64,000 nucleotides of DNA. It comes from a bacterium (lineage in GTDB: Bacteria; Patescibacteriota; Andersenbacteria; UBA10190). Position 1 is the stretch's first letter. Every line of letters begins with the position of its first letter. The notes beneath the pieces were generated by a model. It worked only from the letters and a program-made list of their open reading frames with translations. It did no database searches and had not been told where the DNA came from. Position numbers and translations under genes: made by a program. Of the stretch, positions 1 to 9,604 are shown one piece after another. The DNA lies in the NCBI GenBank assembly GCA_043811915.1, contig JBDRMS010000001.1, forward strand, positions 14,499-78,498, read 5' to 3'.

Positions 1-242
1 ATACGAATAATGAAGCCGATTAAACGGGAGATTATGTTCCAGGTGAAGGCCAGGGTCAGTTTGCTTAGAGTGCCACCCTGGTAGGAAGCAGCGTCTTTGT
101 GCCAGTAGGCCAGTAAAGTGCGGAGCATGTACCTGACGGAGAAAAAGCGTAACAAGGCACGCTGCAGATTCCACATGGTTTGAAGAAGGAAGCGGGGGGC
201 CCACACATACTGCCAGTAGAAGTAGTCGGCAAGCATGTGCAT
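1..242 (-). CDS. Hypothetical membrane protein (runs off the window edge)
   Basis: Manual translation from ATG at 242: MHMLADYFYWQYVWAPRFLLQTMWNLQRALLRFFSVRYMLRTLLAYWHKD...; open to position 1. Confidence 0.65.
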   Translation of the reverse strand, partial: MHMLADYFYWQYVWAPRFLLQTMWNLQRALLRFFSVRYMLRTLLAYWHKDAASYQGGTLSKLTLAFTWNIISRLIGFIIR

Positions 243-282
243 ATAATAGCACGTTCACCGACGGGGGCGTTTGTTTAAGTTG

Positions 283-687
283 TTATTTCAACTCAACTTT
301 GCCGCCGGCTTCTTCGAGTTTGCTTTTCATTTCTTCGGCTTCTTCTTTGGGCACGTTTTCTTTGATGGTAGTGGGTGCCTTGTCGACAAGATCCTTAGCA
401 TCTTTGAGGCCAAGATCAGTAACGACACGGACGGCTTTAATGACGGCTATCTTTTGGGGGCCGGCTTCGGTTAACTCCACTGTAAAAGAACTTTTTTCTT
501 TGGCGGCGGCAGCTTCTTCTCCCCCACCAGCGACGGCTGCGGCTACAGCAATAGGGGCTGCGGCGCTCACACCAAACTTGTCCTCCAGAACCTTTACCAG
601 CTCGGAGAGTTCAAGGACTGACATCTCTTCGATAGTTTTGATTAAATCTTTAAACTTTTTAGGAATCTCGGTTTTTTCTTTGGTCAT
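283..687 (-). CDS. rplL: 50S ribosomal protein L7/L12
   Basis: [39 protein letters not shown]. Confidence 0.98.
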   Translation of the reverse strand: MTKEKTEIPKKFKDLIKTIEEMSVLELSELVKVLEDKFGVSAAAPIAVAAAVAGGGEEAAAAKEKSSFTVELTEAGPQKIAVIKAVRVVTDLGLKDAKDLVDKAPTTIKENVPKEEAEEMKSKLEEAGGKVELK

Positions 688-720
688 AGTTTTGATTAGT
701 AAATTAAGTAGTAAAGTAAA

Positions 721-1248
721 TTAAGTGTTTTGTTTTTGATCTGCAACAGCTTTCAGAATCTGAACTGTTTTGCGCTGGACACCGGATAATACTGTTACAA
801 AGCCGCGAGCGGGGCCGGCCATGACACTGGCTAGCTGGCCAAGTAGTTGCTGGCGAGAAGGTAATTTAGCGAGGGCGATGACTTCTGCCAGTGATAGAAT
901 GTTGCCTTCCAGGATACCGGCTAAGAAACGAATTTTTTCTTTGTGCTCCAAGGCAAACTCATTTAGAGTCTTAGCTGGGGCTACAGCATCATCACCCCAA
1001 ACAATAGCTACCTGGCCCTCCTGCTGCATTGGATCGAAGTCCAGTTTTAAATTACTCAAGGCAATCTTCAGGAGTCGTTTGGGGATAACGCGCATGCCGC
1101 CGCCGGCTTCGTACAGATTGCTGCGCAACTTTCCTACTTCTTCTACGTTGAGGTGGTCGAAATTTAAAAAAACCACCGACGCGGCTGACGCCATGTTGTT
1201 CTGGACCTCGCTTACACTTTGTTCTTTTTGTTGACGAGTTAGAGGCAT
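721..1248 (-). CDS. rplJ: 50S ribosomal protein L10
   Basis: Start MPLTRQQKEQ; LAKLPSRQQLLGQL motif; directly upstream of rplL. Confidence 0.96.
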   Translation of the reverse strand: MPLTRQQKEQSVSEVQNNMASAASVVFLNFDHLNVEEVGKLRSNLYEAGGGMRVIPKRLLKIALSNLKLDFDPMQQEGQVAIVWGDDAVAPAKTLNEFALEHKEKIRFLAGILEGNILSLAEVIALAKLPSRQQLLGQLASVMAGPARGFVTVLSGVQRKTVQILKAVADQKQNT

Positions 1249-1260
1249 AAAAAATCCGCG

Positions 1261-1340
1261 ATCATCCGCGGACGTGAATACAGCTTTACGGGCTGGATCC
1301 TGGCGCGGTCTTAAGGCTGTGCCGCGGGTCTTCGGATGAC
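1261..1340 (-). promoter_or_regulatory. Probable L10 leader (r-protein autoregulatory RNA)
   Basis: 5' UTR of rplJ: TCATCCG...CGGATGA closing stem, with CCGAAGAC...GG...TTAA motifs typical of the L10 leader. Confidence 0.6.
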
Positions 1341-1378
1341 TAATGTCTGTATGGCATAATACTTGGTTAAGTGCAATA

Positions 1379-1429
1379 TTGACGTTTGGCTTTTTTTGTG
1401 CTAGTTTTAGTATCACTGTTCGTTTTACC
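1379..1429 (+). promoter_or_regulatory. Sigma70-like promoter followed by a boxA-like motif
   Basis: TTGACG-17 nt-TAGTTT, then CACTGTTCGTTTTACC. Confidence 0.5.
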
Positions 1430-1465
1430 CGCTAATTGTCTGTGGGGAAGGAAAAGGAGAAAGTG

Positions 1466-1816
1466 ATGTATAGGCTGTTTGTTTATAGGGTTTTAGACGA
1501 GGATGGTGATTCACTCTCGGCGGAATTATCAGATCTTAGCCGGGGAGACTACGAGTCTAGGCGTCAGCCTGAAACAGATGAGCTTGAACTGGACTGTGAA
1601 TTAGGAAAGGACAATTGGGAATACGAGAACGAGATCCCGCTTGATTACTCCCCTGATGATTGTCAGGAGAGTGGGTATTTGGAGGCACTTGAGCTGATAC
1701 GAAGAATTGACCTAGCCAGCAGTGGCAACATTCCGATGGAATGTTTATTACTGGAAGTGGTCAAGCTCGCGTACACAGCCGGCGCCAGAGCAGAGAGGGA
1801 TAGGATAGCGAAGTAG
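1466..1816 (+). CDS. Acidic hypothetical protein (orphan)
   Basis: ORF with strong SD (AAGGAG) and its own terminator; no recognised motif. Confidence 0.7.
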   Translation: MYRLFVYRVLDEDGDSLSAELSDLSRGDYESRRQPETDELELDCELGKDNWEYENEIPLDYSPDDCQESGYLEALELIRRIDLASSGNIPMECLLLEVVKLAYTAGARAERDRIAK

Positions 1817-1844
1817 AAAACAACTTACTACTTTGCTATTGTAC

Positions 1845-1877
1845 AATCCGCATTAAAATCTTTAGTGCGGATTTTTT
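1845..1877 (+). terminator. Intrinsic terminator
   Basis: AATCCGCATTAAA-atc-TTTAGTGCGGATT followed by a T-run. Confidence 0.8.
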
Positions 1878-2003
1878 ATACCGCGGCGACTTTTTGCTCC
1901 AGAGTCCAGTTTATCAATCTTCTTTTCCAGGATATCAAACCTGGTATCAGTTTGCTCTCGCAGTAGATCCACCGATTCCCCTACCGCTTGGACTGTAGAT
2001 AGA

Positions 2004-3026
2004 CTATTTCAGGAATCTGGCTTTATTGGCGTTGTGTTCGTCCAGAGTGCGGGAGAATATAGTCTCGCCTTGAGGGGTGGAGAGATAATAATAATAATCT
2101 GATTTTTCCGGGCGCACGGCGGCAACAATGGCGCGCAGGCCCGGGTTGCTGATAGACCCGGGAGGCAGGCCGCGATATTTGCGCGTGTTATAGGGTGAAT
2201 CTATCTGTAAATCCTCCTGGGTGAGTGGTTTGTCCCATTTGTCCAAGGCGTAGCGCACGGTGGCGTCAGCGGCCAGACCCGTATTGTCGTCAAGACGTTG
2301 CCACAAGATACCGGAAACCAGAGTCATATCTTCAGCGCTTTGAACTTCGCGCTCAATAATACTGGCCATGATAATTACATCGTCTAGAGTGCGGCCATGT
2401 TCGATTGCCTGATTGCGCAATCCGGCAGAGAACTTGTCAGAAAAATTCGTCAACATGCGCCGGATGACGTCGGCCGGCGTATCATCAGCAAAAACGCGGT
2501 AGGTGTCGGGAAAAAGATAGCCCTCCAAATCGCGGCCAGGGGAAAGTTCAATAAGAAAAGTGTGTTCGTCTGAATGCAAGGCAGGCTGGGCAGCTTGGAT
2601 GAACTCCTGCTCCGTGCCTATGCCCTTGGCGGCGGTGCGAGCGGCTACTTGTTGTAAGGTGAAGCCTTCCGGATAAGTGATGGTCAGCTCGTCGGAAGAC
2701 ACGTCGCCGGTGGTGAAGCGTTGAATGACATCGGGTACGCGCTCTCCTTGAGTTAGCTGGTAAGTGCCGGCTTTGAGCTGGCTTGCGGCTTCACGTCGCC
2801 AGGCGTGGTAACGCCAGGGTATTGTCCGGGAGGTAAATTCTTCTTCTGCCAGCTGGCTCCAGACCTGCCTGGCCGCGCTGCCTTCTTTAATTGTCAGCTC
2901 GCCGCTGTGCTGAAGGCTGGCGGTGCCCCAAATGAGCCTGAAGATAATATAAAAAATAAGTGTGGTAAGCGAAAGCGCGCTAAGGCAGAAGATGATAAAC
3001 CGTCCGGGCTTCGCGATAGTGATCAT
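2004..3026 (-). CDS. mltG: Endolytic transglycosylase MltG
   Basis: LEGYLFPDTY, IMASIIEREV, SPYNTRKYRGLPPGSISNPG. Confidence 0.95.
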   Translation of the reverse strand: MITIAKPGRFIIFCLSALSLTTLIFYIIFRLIWGTASLQHSGELTIKEGSAARQVWSQLAEEEFTSRTIPWRYHAWRREAASQLKAGTYQLTQGERVPDVIQRFTTGDVSSDELTITYPEGFTLQQVAARTAAKGIGTEQEFIQAAQPALHSDEHTFLIELSPGRDLEGYLFPDTYRVFADDTPADVIRRMLTNFSDKFSAGLRNQAIEHGRTLDDVIIMASIIEREVQSAEDMTLVSGILWQRLDDNTGLAADATVRYALDKWDKPLTQEDLQIDSPYNTRKYRGLPPGSISNPGLRAIVAAVRPEKSDYYYYLSTPQGETIFSRTLDEHNANKARFLK

Positions 3027-4090
3027 AATACATCCGACTTTTTGTCTTTCTTGAGTTGTTCGACAACTTCTTTTACCTTGTGTGACTTCCCTTTGTTGGT
3101 AATCAGAATGGCATCATCGGTGACGACAACTATAGTATTCTTCACGCCGATTAGAGACACTGCTTTGCCGGTAGTGTTGTAAATATAGTTTTGCCGGGAG
3201 TCAATGTGGATATGGTGACCGCGTGGCATGTAATCGCCTTTTTGTCCGAAGACTCGTTCTACAATTTCCCAGTTGCCAACATCGCTCCAGCCATAGTCAC
3301 CGATGATGGCAATGATACGGGATGTTTTTTCAATCAGAGTGTATTCGATAGAAATTTTTGGAAAGGCACTATAGGCAGCGATGATTTTGGTTTCATTACC
3401 GGCAGCAAGGGCCTGGGCAAATTGTTCGATGGCGGGGGCAAGGTCGGGACTTTGTGCCTTAAGCTCTGACAGCAGGTAGGAGGGCCGGGTGGAGAAGTAA
3501 CCCAGATTCCAGAAATAGTTGCCGGCGACAACAAACTTCTCGGCTGTAGCCTTATCTGGCTTCTCTTTGAAACAGTTGATGCGGTACACGTTGCTGTAGT
3601 CATCAACTTTGTCTCCTGCTTCGATATAGCCCAGGGTTGTTTCGGGTGTGACAGGAACGTGTCCGACAATAATCAGAGAATCAGGATTGGCCTTTATTAA
3701 TCCCGGTATTTTTTTTAGATCGTTGATGAAAACGTCTTCGTTTGTGAACACGTGATCAGACCACATGAAAATAGTGGGCTCACTCCCCTGCCTTAAGTGC
3801 TCCAGGCGCAAAGTAATGGAAGCAAAGGCAGCGGTGGTATCTCGCTTTTCCGGTTCGCAAAAAATATGATCGGCCAAGACTTCAGGAAGAAGCTGCTTTA
3901 TTTTCCTCTGATAATCCCGGACGGTAGCGACATAAATATTGTTCTCCGGGGTGATGGTTCTAGCGCGATTAAAAGTGTCTTCCAACAGCGTTCGCCCGGT
4001 ACCCAAATCAAGGAACTGTTTGGGTTTACTCTGACGGGATAAGGGCCACAGACGCGTGCCTCCCCCACCGGCCATAATGACTATGTTCAT
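3023..4090 (-). CDS. manC: Mannose-1-phosphate guanylyltransferase
   Basis: IMAGGGGTRLWPLSRQSKPKQF, FKEKP, WSDVGNW. Confidence 0.92.
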   Translation of the reverse strand: MNIVIMAGGGGTRLWPLSRQSKPKQFLDLGTGRTLLEDTFNRARTITPENNIYVATVRDYQRKIKQLLPEVLADHIFCEPEKRDTTAAFASITLRLEHLRQGSEPTIFMWSDHVFTNEDVFINDLKKIPGLIKANPDSLIIVGHVPVTPETTLGYIEAGDKVDDYSNVYRINCFKEKPDKATAEKFVVAGNYFWNLGYFSTRPSYLLSELKAQSPDLAPAIEQFAQALAAGNETKIIAAYSAFPKISIEYTLIEKTSRIIAIIGDYGWSDVGNWEIVERVFGQKGDYMPRGHHIHIDSRQNYIYNTTGKAVSLIGVKNTIVVVTDDAILITNKGKSHKVKEVVEQLKKDKKSDVL

Positions 4091-4143
4091 GAGATGAAGG
4101 ATAAAGAATCGTGCATTAGGAATCAAGAATGTATAATCCTGAT

Positions 4144-5529
4144 ATGGGTATTGCGGCAAAGTGTTTGCATGGAGCGCGGGTGTGTATAATCCCGCGGCCG
4201 GAGAATAATTTTAAGCCGTACGCTTTGCATCGCCGGCCACTGGCGGTGGTGGCGGGCATTTTGCTTTTAACAAAGATACTGGCACTGGGAGCGGTTGCTT
4301 TGATGCCGTTGCCGGCGGAGCTTTCGATTATTACATCGGCGCGCATAATAGAACTAACTAATAATAAGCGAGCCGAGGCGGGGTTAAATAGATTAACAGT
4401 AAACGCGGCTCTGACGGACGCGGCGCGACAAAAGGCGCAAAACATGCTGGATGAGGATTATTTTGCTCACATATCCCCTAGCGGAGTAACACCCTGGTTT
4501 TGGATGAATAAAGTAGGTTACAGCTACCAAGTGGCGGGAGAGAATCTGGCGATTGATTTTGTGGAGGCGGAAAGGGTGGTGGCGGCCTGGATGGCCAGTC
4601 CAACACACAAAGATAATATCATGCACCCTGATTATATTGAGGCAGGGGTGGCGGCATTGACGGGTGAATTTGAGGGTGGAACTTCAACAGTAGTGGTACA
4701 TATGTTTGGTTTGCCGCAGGGGGCGCAGGCCCCGACGCAAACGCCGGTGGCGAAAAAGCCGAAGGCGGCGGAGCCAACGGTGGCTCCGGCGATTACTGAA
4801 AAGATGCCGGCAGTGCCGAAAGTAACCCCGCTGAACAACGGCAGCATAATAAAGAACGAGCTGACGCTGCAATTGGAAGGAACTCCTGAAACAACGGTGA
4901 GTGTGCTAATAAACAATCAAGTGAGAGCAAAATATGTGCTTAGCGCGGTGGGCGTAGGTAAATTGACTGTGCAACTGGCGGATATACCGGATGGTGAAAT
5001 AGTCGTGAAGGCTATGGCGGAAAATACAGAAGGGGGACAGAGCGGTTTTTCGACTGTCCAGGCGTTTACCAAAGACACTCAAGGGCCCAAAATAGACAAG
5101 GAGGCGCTGATGTTTATTGCTTCGCCAGCCACGGATACACCAATCGCGCTATTGCAGGCACCAGAAGAGAGCTTTGCCTCCTTAAGCGTGATGGTCGGTG
5201 GCGAAAAAAAGGTTTACAAGCCACAGGAAGCGGTAGTGGTGCCGCTGGATGAAGTGGTGACATTTTCCCTGTCTGACGAGGTCGGCAATACCCAGGTCAT
5301 TGATAGTTTGGTTCTGGCTCCTGCTTTTTACACGGAGCGTGACCCGGTGTACGTCACCAGCACGGCCCGTTTCTCCGGTTTATCGCGACGAGTTAACCTG
5401 GTGATAATGGCAATTATGTTGATACTGCTTGCTCTGGCAATTGTTATTCGTATTAACATTCAGCATCCCCGCATGATTGCTCATGCTTCGCTGGTGGTGT
5501 TGTTGGCTCTGATTATTCTGTTCTTATAA
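4144..5529 (+). CDS. CAP (SCP-like) domain membrane protein with an Ig-like region and C-terminal TM helices
   Basis: KAQNMLDEDYFAHISP, AGENLA, WMASPTHKDNI; start codon uncertain. Confidence 0.85.
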   Translation: MGIAAKCLHGARVCIIPRPENNFKPYALHRRPLAVVAGILLLTKILALGAVALMPLPAELSIITSARIIELTNNKRAEAGLNRLTVNAALTDAARQKAQNMLDEDYFAHISPSGVTPWFWMNKVGYSYQVAGENLAIDFVEAERVVAAWMASPTHKDNIMHPDYIEAGVAALTGEFEGGTSTVVVHMFGLPQGAQAPTQTPVAKKPKAAEPTVAPAITEKMPAVPKVTPLNNGSIIKNELTLQLEGTPETTVSVLINNQVRAKYVLSAVGVGKLTVQLADIPDGEIVVKAMAENTEGGQSGFSTVQAFTKDTQGPKIDKEALMFIASPATDTPIALLQAPEESFASLSVMVGGEKKVYKPQEAVVVPLDEVVTFSLSDEVGNTQVIDSLVLAPAFYTERDPVYVTSTARFSGLSRRVNLVIMAIMLILLALAIVIRINIQHPRMIAHASLVVLLALIILFL

Positions 5530-5547
5530 TGTTCGCGTAACGTAATA

Positions 5548-5577
5548 TTGAGGAATTACGGCCTTTGGTGGTACAAT
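5548..5577 (+). promoter_or_regulatory. Putative promoter of the histone-like gene
   Basis: TTGAGG-18 nt-TACAAT with extended -10 TG. Confidence 0.45.
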
Positions 5578-5625
5578 CAGCCCGATGTGGATAATTACTA
5601 TGATTTCCGAAGGAGGTGAGCGAAT

Positions 5626-5814
5626 ATGAATGGTGAAGCTGGTGAAGTGTTGATTGTGGCCAGCAAAGTTCGTGGCTATCTGAAGGGGAAGGGCGTAAAG
5701 ATGTCAGGCGACTTGGTTGGTTCACTAAACACAAAGGTAAAAGCCCTTCTGGATGAGGCAGCAGGCCGTACGCGAGCTAACAAGCGCTCTACCGTTAAGC
5801 CGCAGGACGTCTAG
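5626..5814 (+). CDS. Bacterial histone-fold protein (Bd0055/HBb-like)
   Basis: 62 aa basic protein EVLIVASKVRGYLK..KMSGD...EAAGRTRANKRSTVKPQDV with the R-x-T-V-x-x-x-D histone motif; strong SD AAGGAGGT. Confidence 0.88.
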   Translation: MNGEAGEVLIVASKVRGYLKGKGVKMSGDLVGSLNTKVKALLDEAAGRTRANKRSTVKPQDV

Positions 5815-5834
5815 GAAACGATATTGTTTAACTT

Positions 5835-5863
5835 AAACCCACTCTTGCTTAAAGGGTGGGTTT
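5835..5863 (+). terminator. Intrinsic terminator after the histone-like gene
   Basis: AAACCCACTC...GGGTGGGTTT hairpin. Confidence 0.7.
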
Positions 5864-5881
5864 GTGGTATAGAAAGAGGTT

Positions 5882-6556
5882 ATGAAATTGCGTATTATAT
5901 TGTCGGCCGGTTTACTAATTTTTGGGTGTATAACTTTGATACTGGTGTATTGGCCAGCCCTAGCGGGTGCTTTTAGTGAGTTGCCGAGCTATCAGCCGAA
6001 GTTACCTGTGGCGGAAGATCGGGAGGAGCCGTTTTACGACATTGAGATTGAGAAGTCTAACATCAAGACTTTGTATCCCCCGCTCACCAGCCCGATCGAT
6101 GTTGGTGAAGGTAACTGGATCAGAGTTCCGTCGATCGGCGTTAATGTGCCATTAGTGGAAAGCCTGTCGATGGATGACGAGGACGTGGTAAAGACTTTGG
6201 AGATGGGCGCGGCGTTGTATCCGAACGGCATAATGCCAGGACGGCTCGGTAATATATTTATTTCGGCTCACAGCACAGGCGAGCCGTGGAAGGGTAAGTA
6301 CCGGTTTGCCTTCATACATATAGATAAATTGCATGAGGGAAGTCTGCTGCACATTGATTACAGTAATACTCGCTACACGTATCGGGTGGTGAGTAAAGAT
6401 TTAGTGAAGCCGAATGATGAGACGCGAGTGATTTCCGGGCGGCCGGTGCCGACGGTGACTATTATGGCCTGCTGGCCGCTATGGTCGACGAGTCAAAGAA
6501 TGCTAGTGACGGGCGAGCTGACGAATATCACGAAGCTGACAAAGCAGCCTTCTTAA
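5882..6556 (+). CDS. Sortase family protein
   Basis: N-terminal TM; GNIFISAH, TIMAC..., R: His/Cys/Arg catalytic triad. Confidence 0.88.
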   Translation: MKLRIILSAGLLIFGCITLILVYWPALAGAFSELPSYQPKLPVAEDREEPFYDIEIEKSNIKTLYPPLTSPIDVGEGNWIRVPSIGVNVPLVESLSMDDEDVVKTLEMGAALYPNGIMPGRLGNIFISAHSTGEPWKGKYRFAFIHIDKLHEGSLLHIDYSNTRYTYRVVSKDLVKPNDETRVISGRPVPTVTIMACWPLWSTSQRMLVTGELTNITKLTKQPS

Positions 6557-7100
6557 TATATTCGCCAAATTTGCGGAAAGCCTGGCCACGTTGGGAAAAA
6601 GTGTTCTTTTTTTTGAGCGACATGCTGGAGATGGTTTTCTTTTCTCCCTGGGGAATAAATATTCTGTCATAAGGCATGAAGTTTTTGTCTTGGTCAAAAA
6701 CTTTTTCTGTTATCTTCCCTTTCATAATGCCGGTGAATAGTTGAGGTTTTTTGCCAGGCTGACAGAAGGCGGTCACTGTTTTGAAGTGGGCGCTTCTTTT
6801 TTTTCCTGCCAATAGTTTAAATATTCCTTCATAACCAAGTGAGTTAAAAATAAATTTGGATAGGGCGCCCGGGAAGTTTTGATAAGCGGCGAAAAAGAGA
6901 CCGGTGTCTTCTAGGATAATGGGCTTGTTTAATTTGTTGGCCAGCTTTTCAGCGGCGTCCATTGCTATTTCCTCAAGACTGTCATCGTGGTTTTCTTCAT
7001 ATTCCATGTCTAGATGTTCTAATTCAATAGGATAATCGACCAGAATGGCTTTAACTTCCTGAAACTTGTGTTTGTTGGTGGTAATAAAAGTGATTTTCAT
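6528..7100 (-). CDS. rdgB: Non-canonical purine NTP pyrophosphatase (RdgB/HAM1)
   Basis: FITTNKHKFQE, EDTGL, FPG, YDRIF, SQRG. Confidence 0.9.
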   Translation of the reverse strand: MKITFITTNKHKFQEVKAILVDYPIELEHLDMEYEENHDDSLEEIAMDAAEKLANKLNKPIILEDTGLFFAAYQNFPGALSKFIFNSLGYEGIFKLLAGKKRSAHFKTVTAFCQPGKKPQLFTGIMKGKITEKVFDQDKNFMPYDRIFIPQGEKKTISSMSLKKKNTFSQRGQAFRKFGEYIKKAALSAS

Positions 7101-7143
7101 GATATCAATATAATAATAATGCTTTTGATGCATTATATTAAAT

Positions 7144-7719
7144 ATGCAAAATGACGATAACTTATCGGCGCTGTCTTTTACACCCCGTTATGCTTTTCTG
7201 ACCAAGGGAATGGGCCGGGATAGACACAAACTAGCGTCTTTCGAGCAGGCGCTAAGAGGTGCCGGAGTAGAAAAACAGAATTTAGTGACGGTGTCGAGCA
7301 TATTCCCGCCGGGGTGTAAAATAGTATCCCGGGAAAAAGGCCTAAAGATGCTAAGCCCGGGGCAAATTACCTTTTGCGTGATGGCGCGGCAGGCTACTAA
7401 TGAGCCGTCGCGCTTGATTGTATCTTCAATCGGGCTGGCTATACCCAATGACCGGAGTCAGTATGGTTATTTAAGCGAACATCACGCTTTTGGCGAGACG
7501 GACGAGCGGGCCGGCGATCTGGCGGAGGACCTGGCGGCTAGTATGTTGGCTTCAACTCTTAATATTGAGTTCGATACGGAGAAAGCCTGGGACGAGAAGG
7601 AAGAGGTATTTAAACTGTCTAATAAGATTATTCGCACAACCAACATCACGCAGTCCGCTCAAGGACACAAAGATGGCTTGTGGACGTCGGTGTCGGCCCT
7701 GTGCGTACTGGTGCCATAA
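7144..7719 (+). CDS. pdaD: Pyruvoyl-dependent arginine decarboxylase
   Basis: [20 protein letters not shown] self-cleavage site; YGYLSEHH. Confidence 0.9.
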   Translation: MQNDDNLSALSFTPRYAFLTKGMGRDRHKLASFEQALRGAGVEKQNLVTVSSIFPPGCKIVSREKGLKMLSPGQITFCVMARQATNEPSRLIVSSIGLAIPNDRSQYGYLSEHHAFGETDERAGDLAEDLAASMLASTLNIEFDTEKAWDEKEEVFKLSNKIIRTTNITQSAQGHKDGLWTSVSALCVLVP

Positions 7720-7720
7720 A

Positions 7721-9478
7721 ATGAAAGTTTTTAGGTTGTCGGGCGCCAACATTCTTGTATTCTTTTTCATCGTGGCGGTAGCGCTGGCTTTTAGCTGGCC
7801 TGTTTTGATGCGTTTGCCAAACACCGGTATATGGGACTGGTCGGAAGCGATGGCCCACTACGAGGCGGCTCGACTGACGATTTTCCAGTATGGACAATTT
7901 CCATTGTGGAACCCCTACATGTGCGGCGGCGGGCCGGCGCTGGCAAATCCGCAGACTTACTGGTTATCTTTGACTGGGGCACTGGCAATATTTATTGATC
8001 CTGTTATCGGCTCTAAGCTAGCTATCCCCATCTATCTTATTATTGGCGGAATTGGCATGTACTTTTGGGTACGTCAAGTAGGAGCCAGCCGCCTGGGCGC
8101 TTGTATGTCGATTCCTATATTCCTTACCAGTGGGTTTATGGCCACACATTTGTCGGCCGGTCAGTTTCTATGGCTTACACTAGCCTGGGTACCCTGGATT
8201 TTCTGGGGATATTGTAAGTCACGCAAGATGTGGTGGTGGCTGGTTTTAGCCGCTGCTTTCCTGACTATGATCGGTCTTGAAGGTCGCTCGTATTTGGTGC
8301 TATATGTGGCGATTGCTCTCATTAGCTACGCTATTATTAAAGATATTGTTACCAGAGGGAAAAGCCGGGCAATGCTCCGGGCCTTACTCCTGCTGGGAAT
8401 CGCTTTTGGCCTGGGGGCGTGGAAATTTGTGCCTGATCTTTTTTTTCTTTCTCAATCTTTAGACAAGTTGAGCAATACACAGATTATTCCAGTTAGGCTG
8501 TTTTTTGACATGTTCCTTTTGCGCGATGTTACACCGAATGCATTGTATTTCAGTAATTATCTATTGGAAAATGTGCCATGGTTTGAGTTCGGTTATTATG
8601 TTGGCATAGTGCCGTTGGTATTGGCTGTGATTGCTTTCATTACCCACTCGACCAGGAAGAAGATAGCGGCTTGGCTTAGTATACTGGTGACATTTGTTTA
8701 CGTGGTGTTGAGTGATCCGGCCCATAGCCTGATGGAGCATCTGCCGATAATAGATGAGTTGCGCAATCAACAACGGGCGGCCATTATGATTGTCTTTATT
8801 GTTGCCTTGTTTTCCGCCTTCGGGGTAGACGCATTCAAACAACTGTGGCCGCGGCGTTTAGTTAGGATACTGCCAATCCTGCAAGCGGCACTAGTGATAT
8901 ATGTTTTGGTGGATCTTTTAACCGTTACCTCCGGCGCGTTGGCGCAAGGTTTTGGTCAAGTGATTGAGGGAGACGGCGTGCCGCCGCCCGTGCTGTCCCT
9001 GATTACGCAAGGGACAGGCGCGGATGACCCCTGGTCCATGGTGAAGCAAAATAGAGGGGCGGCTGATTTCTGTCCCGCGATTCTTAGCGTTTGGTATAAC
9101 GAGAGAGAGGTGAGACCGGTCGGGGATGAAAAGTATCAAGGCGAAGTTTATCTGCAAGGTCCAGGGCAACTGAAGGATTTTCTGATCACACCGAACGAAA
9201 TTATAGCTGACGTGGCAGCACCGGCGGGTACTTTACTGGTTGTGAACCAAAACAGCAACCCGGGCTGGCATAGCAACGTGGGTAAAATTGTACGAGACGG
9301 CAGCTCCCTGCTGGCAGTTGATTTGCCGCCAGGCGAGCAGGAAGTTGTGCTGAACTATCTTCCGCCCGGTATAGGATATGGCTTGTTATTGACTATTTTA
9401 ACAATAGCGTCTGTAGGTATAATGTTACTATTTCGTCGTCGACGTTTTCTTCGAGGTGTGTATATAGACTTTGTTTAA
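7721..9478 (+). CDS. YfhO-like polytopic membrane glycosyltransferase (GT-C)
   Basis: GQFPLWNPYMCGGGPALANPQ motif, many TM helices, C-terminal NQN..PGW domain. Confidence 0.8.
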   Translation: MKVFRLSGANILVFFFIVAVALAFSWPVLMRLPNTGIWDWSEAMAHYEAARLTIFQYGQFPLWNPYMCGGGPALANPQTYWLSLTGALAIFIDPVIGSKLAIPIYLIIGGIGMYFWVRQVGASRLGACMSIPIFLTSGFMATHLSAGQFLWLTLAWVPWIFWGYCKSRKMWWWLVLAAAFLTMIGLEGRSYLVLYVAIALISYAIIKDIVTRGKSRAMLRALLLLGIAFGLGAWKFVPDLFFLSQSLDKLSNTQIIPVRLFFDMFLLRDVTPNALYFSNYLLENVPWFEFGYYVGIVPLVLAVIAFITHSTRKKIAAWLSILVTFVYVVLSDPAHSLMEHLPIIDELRNQQRAAIMIVFIVALFSAFGVDAFKQLWPRRLVRILPILQAALVIYVLVDLLTVTSGALAQGFGQVIEGDGVPPPVLSLITQGTGADDPWSMVKQNRGAADFCPAILSVWYNEREVRPVGDEKYQGEVYLQGPGQLKDFLITPNEIIADVAAPAGTLLVVNQNSNPGWHSNVGKIVRDGSSLLAVDLPPGEQEVVLNYLPPGIGYGLLLTILTIASVGIMLLFRRRRFLRGVYIDFV

Positions 9479-9516
9479 TCCTTTCTAAATCCGCGGCTAA
9501 CAGGACCGGCTTAGAG

Positions 9517-9589
9517 CAGGGGTATCAGGACTCGAACCTGAAACGGCGGTTTTGGAGACCGCAATGATGGCCAATTTCACCATACCCCC
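9517..9589 (-). tRNA. tRNA-Trp (CCA)
   Basis: Cloverleaf; anticodon arm GCGGT-CTCCAAA-ACCGC; T arm GGTTCGAGTCC. Confidence 0.95.
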
Positions 9590-9604
9590 GTATTCAAAAG
9601 TATA

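Noticed and set aside
299-1234. Plus-strand ORFs 299-724 and 770-1234 (and similar shadow ORFs throughout)
   Set aside because: Antisense to well-conserved genes, with no motifs
1863-2000. Minus-strand coiled-coil fragment (..VDLLREQTDTRFDILEKKIDKLD..)
   Set aside because: No convincing start or SD; possibly a gene remnant but not supportable
7490-7720. N-terminal extension of the 662-aa ORF
   Set aside because: It overlaps the arginine decarboxylase; the ATG at 7721 follows its stop codon
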